64,000 nt of DNA from the human T2T-CHM13v2.0 reference genome, Homo sapiens, in assembly GCF_009914755.1 (NCBI RefSeq), contig NC_060935.1; one strand, 5' to 3'. This document shows, one piece after another, positions 1 to 25,175 of the stretch. The translations under genes and the position numbers were made by a program. The notes under the pieces were generated by a model. The model was not told the DNA's origin. It did no database searches and saw only the letters and a program-made list of their open reading frames with translations. The stretch's first letter is position 1; the number at the start of each line of letters is the position of its first letter.

Positions 1-4950
<4,950 letters not shown>

Positions 4951-5319
4951 CAGAATTTGAATTCCTACATAAACAGCCAACAATCTGAGAATCTAAATGG
5001 ACAAGATAAATTAAATTTACAGGGAAAATTTTTGAAGTGAAGCAGGCCCAGTACCAAAAACACTAAAAACGATTCCCCTGTACTAAGGTGGGATGTTGAT
5101 GACTGTTAATTTAAGCAGCAGGGGCTGTTAAAACTACTCCTCTGCTCATGGCCCTCCGGAGTGGTGGTGAACAGCTTTACTTTCCATTTCTCATGAAGAC
5201 CAGGGCTTCTGGGCGCTCAGATTCTTGAGCAGAACAAATTACCATTGGACCAGTTCTCCTTCACCTCCCCAACACCACTTACTGCCTAGCAGCAGAAGTG
5301 AATCAGACAAACAATATGA

Positions 5320-7495
5320 CTTTTAAAAAATTATTTAATTTAGTAGTTTTTTTTTTTTGGAAAAAAATCAATAAGGCAAAAAAACTGAAAATATATATAG
5401 TTGTGTTTTGTTTTCATGTGACTTTATTCCACCTGAAAGATTCTAAACTTCTTCCATTAGCGGGAATCTGATTGGGATCAGCCAGAAATGTAGTGCAGAT
5501 GGTGAAGGAAGAGAAGGGGATAAAGCAGAGAAGTCCAATTTAGTTGGGGAATTCTCACTCTATCCAAAGCCCCGGATGAGGTCACTGCTTTTATGAGCCT
5601 CCTTGAAAGAAGCCTTGACATAATCCCTGGCTTATTTTGGGAATAAGGTTCTTAGGAGGAAATTCCCCAGCAGTCAAAGTCACTCCTCTCCCATGTTTAT
5701 CACAACTAGGAAGGAAGGGATAGGGGAAGAAATAAAAGTATTAATTTACCCAGTAAAACCAATTTCCCCATAGGGATGGCTTCCTTTGGAATGGTATTTC
5801 CCCCAGGACCCACGCTGGCTGAGGCTCAGCAGTTAAGGAACAAAAACAAAAAATACTAACAAAAAGCATACAAGGAAGGCACCTCAATTTGTGATCCTCA
5901 ACCAAGGGTGGGTTGCACAGGGGATATTTCTCAACAAGACAACAAAAACAAATACTGCACAAACAGAGAAGGAAGCCAGGGCCCCACAGGAGCAATTATC
6001 TGATCCACCCCACATGACGGTGCTTTAAGCCCCACATCCTAGGAAGAAAGTTCTTTTGGAATTCAGCCTATGCGCCGGACAGAGCAGAATTAAATTGGAA
6101 GTTGCCCTCCGGACTTTCTACCCACACTCTTCCTGAAAAGAGAAAGAAAAGAGGCAGGAAAGAGGTTAGGATTTCATTTTCAAGAGTCAGCTAATTAGGA
6201 GAGCAGAGTTTAGACAGCAGTAGGCACCCCATGATACAAACCATGGACAAAGTCCCTGTTTAGTAACTGCCAGACATGATCCTGCTCAGGTTTTGAAATC
6301 TCTCTGCCCATAAAAGATGGAGAGCAGGAGTGCCATCCACATCAACACGTGTCCAAGAAAGAGTCTCAGGGAGACAAGGGTATCAAAAAACAAGATTCTT
6401 AATGGGAAGGAAATCAAACCAAAAAATTAGATTTTTCTCTACATATATATAATATACAGATATTTAACACATTATTCCAGAGGTGGCTCCAGTCCTTGGG
6501 GCTTGAGAGATGGTGAAAACTTTTGTTCCACATTAACTTCTGCTCTCAAATTCTGAAGTATATCAGAATGGGACAGGCAATGTTTTGCTCCACACTGGGG
6601 CACAGACCCAAAATGGTACTGTGCCAGAAGAAGAGAAGCCAGAAAGACAATGAAGGATGGCATTAAGGGGGGTTGGGAAAGCAAAAGTGGCTAGTAGTCT
6701 TTTTCCATCCTGCCTGTGTTCTCAGAAGCTCTCCGCCTGAGGAAGTCCATAAAACCCCTTTGTGAGGAGAATGCACCCCCTTACCAATGACCAAAGTGGT
6801 CTCCAGTTGCTATTAAAGATGATGGAGAACAACAGAGGGGTGTTTGATGCAAGTAAAAACAGAAACTTCCAAGAATGTAACTCTGAATATTCCAGCCCTA
6901 TAGAACAATCTCTCTCACAGGTGTTCCAATATCGCAGTTATCTCCGCGTGGACACTCCATTAAACCGACCCCGCGTGTGAACACACTTGATGATGTTATA
7001 CCTAAGCTCCACTGCAACCATTCACAATGCCTCCATTGGTAAGTCTTATGTGTTTCTTTTTAAGGGAACTTCTAAATTCGGCTCTTGCTTTTAACAGCAC
7101 CAAAATGCCCCTGAATCATAATCTTAGGCAGATCTTGGCTGAGCAGGATACTACAAGGGGAGGGTGAGTGACATTGTCTTAAATGGGGGCAGAGGGAGAA
7201 AGAAGAGCCAAGAATACTTGACTTCGTGGATGTGGAATAACACTAACCTTCGGCCACTAAACCTCTCCCTTACAGACATAGTATCTCCTATGTCGATTTC
7301 AGTTTCAATCAGCTAAGGCAACCAGCCAATCACCACCACTGGTGTCTCCTTCTGGTGATTGATTTGGAAAAAATGATTGGTCAAGAGAGACAAACTTGAG
7401 GAAAGCACTTGGTAAGAGAGTCACAACTTCCAGCTTTCCCACACATCCTCTGTCCTCTTCTCCATTATATGCTCCTCTTTTTTGTTACTGCCGTT
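5320..7495 (-). other. OSBP: OSBP 3'UTR (about 2.2 kb, free of Alu)
   Basis: Unique sequence between the stop codon and the poly(A) signals; the exact 3' end is inferred. Confidence 0.85.
5334..5428 (-). terminator. Two poly(A) signals: AATAAA (5423-5428) and ATTAAA (5334-5339)
   Basis: Each hexamer is followed on the minus strand by a U-rich or GU-rich tract (TTTTCAGTTTTTTTG; TATTGTTTGTCTG). Confidence 0.75.
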
Positions 7496-7638
7496 TCAGA
7501 AAATGTCCGGGCATGAGCTCCAGTCCTGTTTTTCTTTACACTCCCAGTATTCTCCCCTATAAATATGGGTTAACTCCTTGGTAACAGGGTCCTTCTTCCG
7601 CTCAAACCACAGTGCCTTATAGGGATCATATGGTGTGC
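7496..7638 (-). CDS. OSBP: OSBP exon 14, coding part (143 nt including TGA)
   Basis: tttag|GCA; GTPYDPYKALWF...DWSSCPDIF*; all 14 exons total 2424 nt = 808 codons. Confidence 0.98.
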
Positions 7639-7723
7639 CTAAAAGGAAAAGAGAGGAAAGAAAAAAATTAGTGCTGGCATTCTCCATGCATCAAGAAAGA
7701 AGAGTAGAAGGGAAGTTCATTAC

Positions 7724-7944
7724 CATCCTCTGTGGCTTTCATAGCTTCCGCTTCTCTCTTCTTTCTGGAAAGTCTTTGTTTTTCCTCCAGGCGCTGCTTC
7801 TCCGCATTTGCTTCATCCCAGCGTCCATTTTCCATCAGTCTCTGGTCAGGTCGTAACCGGCTGTCTGTGGGGGCAGTGCCACTTTCCCAAGCATTGAGAG
7901 TCAGAGCAAGCTCTGAGAAGTAGTACATGTTTTCTGCATTCTTC
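7724..7944 (-). CDS. OSBP: OSBP exon 13 (221 nt), ORD
   Basis: tttag|GAA...ATG|GTAATG; [14 protein letters not shown]...[11 protein letters not shown]...ATED. Confidence 0.98.
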
Positions 7945-8456
7945 CTAAAAGTAGAAGACAAGAAAAAGAAATGGTAATCCCAGAGCCCAGACCCTATTTA
8001 AAGAGCAACAACTAAGTACACTGCCAAGGCCACATCACCAAGGCTGTTCTACAAAAACAGGATCTGTGAAAAGGATCTAGGACCATGTCACATTGCCCTA
8101 ACTAAAGGAGACAAATTGGATCCCTCCCCATCCGCTCCCTGGCATCACTCAGTTCCATAGTCTTCTGGTGTTGTGTGGTGCCCAGCTGAAATTATCTACG
8201 TTCATTAGAAAGAAGGAAACATTCTACTGAATGAAAATTCCTCACTCCTGTTTCCTTAGTTTTCTTTTTAACTCTCTCTGGGATAATCTTGGCTATCACT
8301 ACAAACTGACTGTATTAGATGACGACAGGAAATAAGTGACCTCCATCTTGTTTCCAAAGTCCTGTACATTGTCTCAGGGATCTTTCTTTTCTGCTGGGCT
8401 TTTTTTTCTTTTTCTTATTTATTTATTTATTTAGACAGTCTCACTCTGTCGCCTAG

Positions 8457-8734
<278 letters not shown>

Positions 8735-9067
8735 TTAACAGGTGGTAGGCACCTTCCTCCTCTAGCCACTTTTGAACAGTTTTGCTCTAAATAGTAGAAA
8801 AATACCCTTCTGAATCACAATCCAAAGGACCTTTAGAAAGCACAAAGTATTTTTTGTCAGATGTAGTTTGGTTTGAACTTCCTTGAAATAAGCATGCTAC
8901 AAGTCAAATCATACAATGACAACCTTCTGTTAATCTCTCCAAAAGTCTCAATTTCCCTTGCTCAATTCCCCACATAATTAAGTGAGAGGGCAGGCAGAAA
9001 TGCCTTCAATATTGCTCCACAGTCAAGGTCAAAGTGGTATCTGGGCAGCATGCATGCTGATACTCAC

Positions 9068-9249
9068 GGTAAAGGATTCCTTTTCCACAGCATGACCCTG
9101 CTTTCCTCTGCTTCATGGCCTCTCTGTCGAGCATCACCCCCATTTTCCCCAATGACTGGCTGTACTTTGAAACATTCCATTTTCTCATCCCACGTCCCCA
9201 GAAGAGCAAAGTGGACTTTTCCTGATGGATCTGTCACTTCCCCCGTCAC
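9068..9249 (-). CDS. OSBP: OSBP exon 12 (182 nt), ORD
   Basis: tgcag|GTG...ACC|GTGAGT; VTGEVTDPSGK...LWKRNPLP. Confidence 0.98.
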
Positions 9250-10216
9250 CTGCAAGGGTGGAGAACAGGGCTTGGCTATATAGAATTCACTGTGAATTAG
9301 CTTACCTGACTATACTGGAAGTCCTAGGATAAATAATGGTTAGGTCCTGTTATAACAAACACCAGAGAGTCATCCAAATTATTATTAGAGATGGGATCTT
9401 GCTCTGTTGCCCAGGCTGGAGTACACTGATGCAATCGTAGCTCACTGTGGCCTCCAACTCTAGGGCTCAAGTGATGTCTCACCTCAGCTACTTGAGTAGC
9501 TAGAACTACAGGCATGTGCCACCATATCTGGCTAAGTCTTTAATTTTTTTTGTAGAGAAGGGGTCTTGCTATGTTGCCCAGGCAGGTCTTGAACTCCTTG
9601 GCTCAAGCAATCCTCTTATCTCCACCTCCCAAAGTGTTAGGATTATAGGCATGAGCCACCATGCCTGGCCTCAAATTATTTTGTTGTATTTTTTTCTGCT
9701 ACTTGAAATAACTGAGCCATGACTTGGGGATTTCATTATCATTTTTTGTTATATGGGGATTTTTGGTAAACTTTATTTTTAGTTTTTATTTTTGTGAGTT
9801 CATAGTAGGTGTATATAATTTGCATTTATCCTTTGTGTTGCAAACAATTCAATTATACTCTTTTAGTTATTTTAAAATGTACAATTAAATTATTTTTGAC
9901 TGTAGTCACCCTGTTGTGCCAGCAAATACTAGACTTTATTCTTTATCCCCACTTCTTGCTCTCTGTCCCCTCCCCTCACTACCCTTCCCAGGGATTTTTG
10001 TATCAAAGATACACGTAGCAAAAGCATCTGACTGGTACTCAGAATTATATTTTCTTCTCTCAAGAAATTCACAGGGACCTATAAACAGATTTAAATCCCC
10101 AGCTATTCTTCAGTCTCCCACAGAAACTCATGACACAAATCATTATGGTGGTATCACACAACTCCCCCTCAAACTTCTCAGTGATCAAACCCCTTTTTCC
10201 TGAAATCTTTTATTAG

Positions 10217-10619
<403 letters not shown>

Positions 10620-11092
10620 TGATGACTTTCTCCTTCACCTCTACTTTTTTTTTTTTGAGACGGAGTCTCGCTCTGTTGCCCAGGCTGGGGTGCAATGGTG
10701 CGAGACTCACTGCAGCCTCTGCCTCCCAGGTTCAAGCGATTCTCCTGCCTCACCCGAGTAGCTGGGATTACAGGCACGCGCCACCACACCCAGCTAATTT
10801 TTGCATTTTTAGTAGAGACAGGGTTTCATCATGTTGGCCAGGCTGGGCTCGAACTCCTGACCTCAGGCGATCCATCTGCCTCAGCCTCCCAAAGTGCTGG
10901 GATTACAGCTGTGAGCCACCGCGCCCAGCCTTTCACCTCTACTTTTTTTGAATCACTATATGTACACATACACTATATAAAATGTACACACCCCCATACC
11001 ACCCCACATGTATATACATTCCAGTCCTAAAGGAGTATGCTTTCTAAGAGATACATGCTACGTGAAACAATTTAAATTTCAACTTCCCTTAC

Positions 11093-11188
11093 CTTTCTTG
11101 CTACATCCCGAGAGAAGTAGCTATAAGGAACAAATTTAAGATTACACTTGTCTCCTGTCTTGTGATTCACAATATCAATTTCGCCAGA
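11093..11188 (-). CDS. OSBP: OSBP exon 11 (96 nt), ORD
   Basis: tacag|TCT...AAG|GTAAGG; SGEIDIVNHKTGDKCNLKFVPYSYFSRDVARK. Confidence 0.98.
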
Positions 11189-11576
11189 CTGTAAAATGAA
11201 AAAATTCAGTTTTATTAAGACTGGATAAATTCAATGTCTGCCAAACCCATGGTTCATAATTCTTTACTTTTCAATCTTACATTCTAGTAATCCCTTGTTT
11301 AAGATTCAGATCTTAGCTAGCCTTGGGAATGCTATAGAATCCCTATGTAACCTTGGTTTTCCAGGTTGAGATCAAGACCAAGTGTCCACTTGTTTTGAAT
11401 TGTATCTCACATGTTAGATGGCATGATTTGACCTTCAGCACATATACTGAAGTACACATGATAATTTACCTTTCCAAACCAATCCCTCACTAGTACCCTT
11501 CATGAACTCTTCTGCTTAAATCAAAATACTCTACTCACAATTGCAAATTACATATGGTCGGCCTTTCTATACTTGA

Positions 11577-11780
<204 letters not shown>

Positions 11781-12369
11781 TAAGATTCAGCTTAACTCCC
11801 ACATCTACTGTGAGGCCTTTCCTGACTGCTCAGAAGACAGTATACCCTCTTTTCTAAATTTGCTGCAACCATTGTCTTAAGAGAAAACTGACAATTAATT
11901 AGATACTATCATAGGGCATCTTTTATATTAGTGTATGTTGCTGCACATTTTCCAACCTACACATTGGTCATGTATCTCCAATGATATAATAAATTATTGA
12001 GGGACATCTCATCAGACTTTGTATCCCCAGGACCTAGCATACTGCCTGGCAATAAATATTTGATGAATAATGAAAGGATTAAGAGTTGGGGCCACGTTTG
12101 TTTTTTCTACCTGTCGTAGCACCCAACACAGTCCTAGCAGAATAGTCATTGATGAATGTTATAATTTGGTCATTTATAAACAATAATTTGTGGTACAGAA
12201 AACTTAGAGAGTTAGAGGTAGGGCTACTGCCTGAGAGAAATTCCTTAGGAGAAACTGATGAATCAGTAGCAACATTCTGAGACCAGTTCACATGTCCTAA
12301 ATACTGCAGAAATATACCTAAAGAAGTATTCTTTTAAACTTCACACACACTTTGGGTACCTTTCCTCAC

Positions 12370-12473
12370 CTGATCTATCCACAACTTGCCCACAATAATG
12401 TTGTGTACAGTTGTGGTAACTTTCTTCCAAGTGTAGTGGTGCCCAGTTGCATGGAAAATACAATGAATGGTAC
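12370..12473 (-). CDS. OSBP: OSBP exon 10 (104 nt), ORD
   Basis: tccag|GTA...CAG|GTGAGG; GTIHCIFHATGHHYTWKKVTTTVHNIIVGKLWIDQ. Confidence 0.98.
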
Positions 12474-13009
12474 CTGGAAGCAGAAAGAGGTATCCAAATT
12501 AAGCCAAATGTCAGAAAAATAGCACCATGCAGCCTCAAAACAGTAATGGATTAATTTCCTTCTATTGATATTTATTACTTTTAGAAATAAAACAATAAAT
12601 CAAAAAGGACTTACACTTTCTTAAATGTTGGAAGTATTGACTGAATTTTTCTCACTTGACTTTCAAAAATCTATGAATAAAACATAACTAAATGATGACA
12701 AACCCTGGCAACTGATATACCTTAGCTAGGACGCTGTGTTCTATAATACAATTGCAAAATTTACAGAAACAAGTCAAATGCACCCCAACATGCATCATGG
12801 AAGTAACTGCATTATGGAAGGAGCACACATTGGTAGTCTGTACCGGGACCAGGCTCTATTGTTAAGTTACTAGCTGTGTGACCTTAAACAAACCACTTAT
12901 CTAAGGCCCTTAATTGTAAAAATGGAATAGTGGATAGAGCTGGGGCTTTGAATTCAGACAGAACTGGATTAAATCCTGACTCTAGTCCTCATTAGATGTA
13001 TGACCCTCT

Positions 13010-13710
13010 GTTGTATAATGAAGAATAAAACCCTTGTAATTTCCCAAGTGACAGGAATATCTCTGTTATTTACGGTGGACCTTGACAATTTATACTAATG
13101 AGGTGACTCATGGTGGGCCTCAGATAGCTAATGCTAATAACTTAGGATGCCAGGCTCCACCATGTGATTAGAGACAGGGTTTTGAGTCACCTGATATTGG
13201 GTCAACTTCCTGACCTCTGGGGATGAAAGAGGATCTGGATATTGAATTCAATCCTGCAATCAAACCTAAATAATGAAGCCCTGCTAAAATCTCTGGATAC
13301 CAAAGCTCAGTGGAGTTTCCTGGTTGGTGAATAGATCAGTGTGCCAGGAGGGTGATGTGCCCTGATCCCATGGAGACAGGGCACAATGCTCTGTGTTCAG
13401 GACCCTCCCAGACCTCACCCTACGGGTCCCTTCATTTGGCTGGCCCTGATTTGTACCCTGAATAATAAAACGGTAATGATAAGTAGAGCACTTTCCTGAG
13501 TTGAGTCATTTTAATGAATTATCAAACCTGAGGTAGTTGTGGGGACTCCTGAACTTATAGCCAGTTATCAGAAGTGCAGGTGGCCTAGGGCCTCCAACTT
13601 GTTGCTGGCATCTGAAGCAAGGGCAATTTTGTTGGGTACTATGCCCTTAACTTAGGGAGTCTGCGGGAACTCTGGGTGGGTAGTGTCAGAATTGCATTAC
13701 AGTATTGCAC
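13010..13710 (+). mobile_element. Solo LTR, MER21-like, apparently nested in a MIR
   Basis: AAAACCCTTGTAATTTCC..GTGACAGGA start, internal AATAAA, GTAGTGTCAGAATTG end; MIR-like sequence on both sides; family assigned from recall. Confidence 0.6.
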
Positions 13711-14028
13711 TATGAATGTTTCAAAGGCCTTGATTTTATCATCTATAAACTTGGGATAACACGTCCTGTTGTGCAGTAAATGTCTGTTTATTTGCCTAAT
13801 AAAATGCTTGAAACATATAGCTGACTCCTGTTCTTATAAGTCAATCTCCAATGAATACCAAAATCAGTGGTTTCACAGCAGAGATAATTGAGGATTCAAA
13901 ATAATCAAACATTTTAAAAGATATATAGTTAATAATACTCAATTCCAGGCCAGGTGGGGTGGCTCACCCCTATAATCCCAGCTCTTTGGAAGGCCAAAGC
14001 AGGCAGATCACTTGAGGTCAGGTGTTCA

Positions 14029-14265
<237 letters not shown>

Positions 14266-14374
14266 TCAGTAAAAGTATAACCCTAAGTTCTCTCTGTAAC
14301 CACTAATAAAAAATAACTCACCAATTGTGGTTTAGACATGTTTCTTATACAAAAAATTAAAGTAGCCCTAATAA

Positions 14375-14722
<348 letters not shown>

Positions 14723-14796
14723 TAATTTTTGTATTTTTAGTAGAGACAGGGTTTCGCCATGTTGGCCAGGCTGGTCTCAAACTACTGACCTCGTGA

Positions 14797-15084
<288 letters not shown>

Positions 15085-15189
15085 TGAACTCCTGGGCTCA
15101 GGCGATCCTCCCACCTCAGCCTCCCAAAGTACTAGGATTACAGGCACAAGCCACTGCACCCAGCCTAAATCTCTTAACCAATACCTCCT

Positions 15190-19640
<4,451 letters not shown>

Positions 19641-20222
19641 TGGAGGCTGGGCGCAGTGGCTCATGCCTGTAATTCCAGCACTCTGGGAGGCCGAAGCAGG
19701 TGGATCACTTGAAGTGAGTAGTTCAAGACCAGCCTGGCCAACATGGAGAAACCCCGTGTCTACTAAAATGCAAAAGTTAGCCAGGTGTGGTGGTGCACGC
19801 CTGTAGTCCCAGCTACTCAGGAAGCTGAGGCAGGAGAATCAGTTGAACCCAGGAGCGGGAGGTTGCAGTGAACCAAGATCACACCACTGCACTCCAGCCT
19901 GGGTGACAGAGCGAGACTCCGTCTGAAAAAAATAAAATAAGTAATAAAAATAAAAAAATAAGAAACAAAAATTGGAAAAAGGACAAAAAGAAAAATAAGT
20001 CATAGAGGCCAGAAGGCAGTGGGATAATATATGCAAAATGCTGAAAGCAAAAGACTGCCAAAGCAATCATTCTTTTTTTTTTTTTTTGTAGAGATGGGGG
20101 TCTCCCTATGTTGCCTAGGCTGGTATCAGACTCTTGGGCCCAAGTGATCCTCCTGCCTTGGCCTCCCAAAGTGTTGGGATTACAGGCATGAGCCACTGCA
20201 TCTGTGCCAATAGTCTTAATTA

Positions 20223-20579
<357 letters not shown>

Positions 20580-20597
20580 CTAGTTTCTATATCCTAG

Positions 20598-20919
<322 letters not shown>

Positions 20920-22284
20920 TCATATTTGCTCCTTAAAATAGCCTTCATTATTTGGAAACTTCAGTTATATTTTCTAGAAGCATTCTTCTTTCCAAATGTC
21001 AAGGGTTCTAATCTTTTTAGCCTATTTTATAGGGAGACTCACTCATTGTCACTGCCTCCAAATATCTTTAGGCACTTTCATTGGTATTAGATTTTCTTCA
21101 GTCATGGCTATGACTTTTTCAAAGTGGAGTTAACAGAACCACAATTTTGTACAAAGTTGTCCTGCTACCAAATAACCTTAAAACTGCCTTATCTTGTCAG
21201 ACCTCAGTGAGACTATTAGGCTGATGTCTTCAGTGTCCTTTTTGCACTGTAATTGTAACTGATGGCTTGTAGTCTCTCCTTTTCAGTACAGCCTAGCGAT
21301 AATGACAGGGGTCCCTGAAGCCAGATTGCCTCAACTCAGATCACATACTAGCTGGTTAAGTTGACCCTGACAACCCAACCTATCTATGCTTAGTTTTCTT
21401 TGTTTAAAAAATGGCAATAAAGGTGTCTATCTCATAGAATTATTGTTGGGCCTGAATGAGTTAATACATGAAAAGCACTTATATCAATGGCTGACCCATA
21501 ATGAGCACTCAACAAATGCTACTTCAATTATCAACATAAAAGTTTGAACGACTTTTCCCTAGATGCCTTACTTTATGCTGAATACACTGGAGCAGTGTAT
21601 TAAACTGCCAGTCATCTATCTGCTCACTTACTCACAACCCTGTCCATATATTTTTCTTCAGCTATATCTACTGGCTTAACAATAATTTTCTCTCTGAGAA
21701 TTGAGTGCCATGGCAAATGTAAAAATTTCACTACATGATTCGCCTTCCAAGCCACTGAGCCAAAAAGTGTTAAATACAGCCATCTCCAGGGCAAATACCT
21801 AGAAATTCCATTCTTTAGATTTCTATATTCAGCTTCCTATCACAAAGTCAATTCTTTCTTCAATCTCCCCATGAAGATGGGGATTTTTGTTTTGTTCACT
21901 TACATTTCCCAAACACTGAGAACGATGCCCGCCATGTGGCAGATACTCAGTTAAGCAGGTGATATGTGGAGGAACTTAACAGGATCCCGGTGATCCAAAT
22001 TCTTAAATAAGCATAGGAATGCAAATACTATCAAATTGTTTTCTTTTTAATTAATTTTGTTTTCCTGTTATTTAATTTATTTTTAAAATGAAGTCTCCCT
22101 AGGATAAATGTTTTAACTTTAAAAAATTAGATCTTTAACAAATTACTAAAAATTAGAAAAAAAATTAGATCCACCATCTATACCATGTTCATATATTCAT
22201 TCCTCAAAGAAACCTAGATTAGTCAAATTATAGAGAAAATGTACAATATTTTATTAGTTAAGTTTATTGTTATCTTTTAGATGA

Positions 22285-22911
<627 letters not shown>

Positions 22912-23735
22912 CCTAACCACCCATGGAATGAAATATAATTCTTCCCTTTAGAGATCCTCAAGGGGCCTCTGAAACTCTTCTCTATGGTGAAACATCACAT
23001 TGCAATACGGCCACTGACACCCAAATTCTGCAAATAAGATGTTAACATCTCAGGCATTTACTACTCTTAAGCTAATACTTCTGAAATTGTTAGCTGCAAA
23101 GACAATTAAGCATGTAGAAGCTTTTTAAAGGTCCTTGGTAAAGATCAAGACTGATGTATCACTTAGTCTCCTTTTCGTTTAGGGACCTTCTGCATATTAA
23201 CCATGAAATTAGAGGTAACACTGCAATTTCTTTTCTCCCTTTACATATGTTAGAAAACATTTATGAACTTTTTTTCTGGCTAATTTCCAGTTTGCACTAT
23301 GTTTGCTGCATTTGTGTTTCTGAGCAAAGGTGAATTCATTAAAGAAGCAGTCTATATTGCAATATTTAAGAACTGTAGCTATACCTCGTGAAAGACTAGA
23401 ACCTGGAAATGGAAAGCCACCAGGAGCTCAGGGAGTTATGGTAAGCTCTGTCTCTTGGGAGCTACTTGTTTTCTCTAACTGCTTTGTGCTTTGATCTCTT
23501 TTTGTAGAGCAGCTTTTACTCTTCAGCACACACTTGGCCAAACATGGTTGCTCTAGTTCAAGAAAGCATTGAGAAGCTCTACCATACTTTTTGAATAACT
23601 GGATTTCTTCTAAGGTATAGGATCTCTAACATTGTATACTAGGATTCCATTCCCAGGACTGATCCTGACACAAAATTAACTTGTAATCCAATAAGAGTTT
23701 TTGTTTTTTGGGTTTTTCCTTTTTTTTTTTTTTGA

Positions 23736-23843
<108 letters not shown>

Positions 23844-24523
23844 TAGCTGAGACTACAGGTGTGCACCACCACACCCAGCTAATTTTTTTGTATTCTTAGT
23901 AAAGACAGGGTTTCACCATGTTGCCCAGGCTGGTCTTGAACTCCAGAGCTCAGACAATCTGCCTGCCCTGGCCTCCCAAAGTGCTAGGATTACAGGGGTG
24001 AGGCACTGTGCCCAGCCCCAAGTAAGATCTTTTTAAAATAAAGTTTCAGTGACCTAGAATTCAGCCATTACATAAATGATACCTAACCCATCAGGTGGAG
24101 GAAAAGGGAGGAAGGAGAGGAGAAAGCGGAAGGATTAGCTAAGAAACCTAACCTTGCAATCATGAGTTCTGATTTACAGAGAGAACCTGACTGCCAAAGT
24201 AAGGAAGAAAACACCACCAGTTAAGAGACAGAATTTTTTTTTTTAATGCATGCTAGAACTTGTGTTCTAAATAGTGCTTAGAGATGCGTTAAATATAGCT
24301 AAGAGGATAAAGAATTTAGGACTAGATGGGTCCTTAAAGAGTTTCTAGCCTCCACACTCATTTGATAGCTGAAAAGTTAAATACCTGCCCAAAGCCAGTT
24401 AGTGAGGGTCAGTGCTCGAATCAGACCTCCTGTCTCCTGACTCTTTAGCCAGTGACCTCCTCCATCGTGCCAGAAAACCTTTCATTCCAGGAGCATTAAT
24501 TCTGACAAAGATGGTAACCTTAC

Positions 24524-24644
24524 CGAGGGGCATAATGGAGAGGTATTTGCCTCGAAACTTGCTGGTGATTTTGATTTCCTGACGCAATGTCCAGCCATTT
24601 TTGGACTCAGCATGGTGCGCAGCAGCAGGGGGATGATGACTCAC
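24524..24644 (-). CDS. OSBP: OSBP exon 9 (121 nt), ORD signature (EQ)VSHHPP
   Basis: ttcaag|GTG...CTCG|GTAAGG; VSHHPPAAAHHAESKNGW...SIMPL. Confidence 0.98.
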
Positions 24645-24929
24645 CTTGAAGAAATCAGGTTCAAATTAAGACGGCAGAAAGGAGAAGAAAAAGATACTGC
24701 CTATAAATTGGTGAGAAACACCAAAATTCACACTTGACGTTTTTACACCCACAACAGTAGGTGAATCCCAGAACCTCCAGGGTCTCCAACGCTGACGTTC
24801 TGAAGAAAAAGAATAAAAGCTGGGATGACAGGGACTAGAATTTCTGCAAACATAAGACCCAGGGGATTAACCAAAAAATCATCTCTTTCTTCAGAAAGGA
24901 AATGCGTTATGGTTCTGAGGTTCCTTTAC

Positions 24930-25175
24930 CTGTTCACAGAGGGATCGGTACCCATTCTCCTCTAATCGGTCCAGCTCAAAGGTCTCCCCAAGCAGTGGGT
25001 TGAATGGCTTACTGGTGCGGAAGACAGTAGTGGAGTAGGAGGACACGGTGAAAGCTGCAACATAACAGAGCTGTTCTAGAGAATTCTCACATTTTGCAGC
25101 TCGGTCTAACAGCTCATGGTATTCCAGATCTTCAGTAAGGCGCTGAAGCATGGACAAGGGCTCATTAAAGTTTAC
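24930..25175 (-). CDS. OSBP: OSBP exon 8 (246 nt), ORD
   Basis: tacag|GTA...CAG|GTAAAG; VNFNEPLSMLQR...KPFNPLLGETFE...SLCEQ. Confidence 0.98.
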
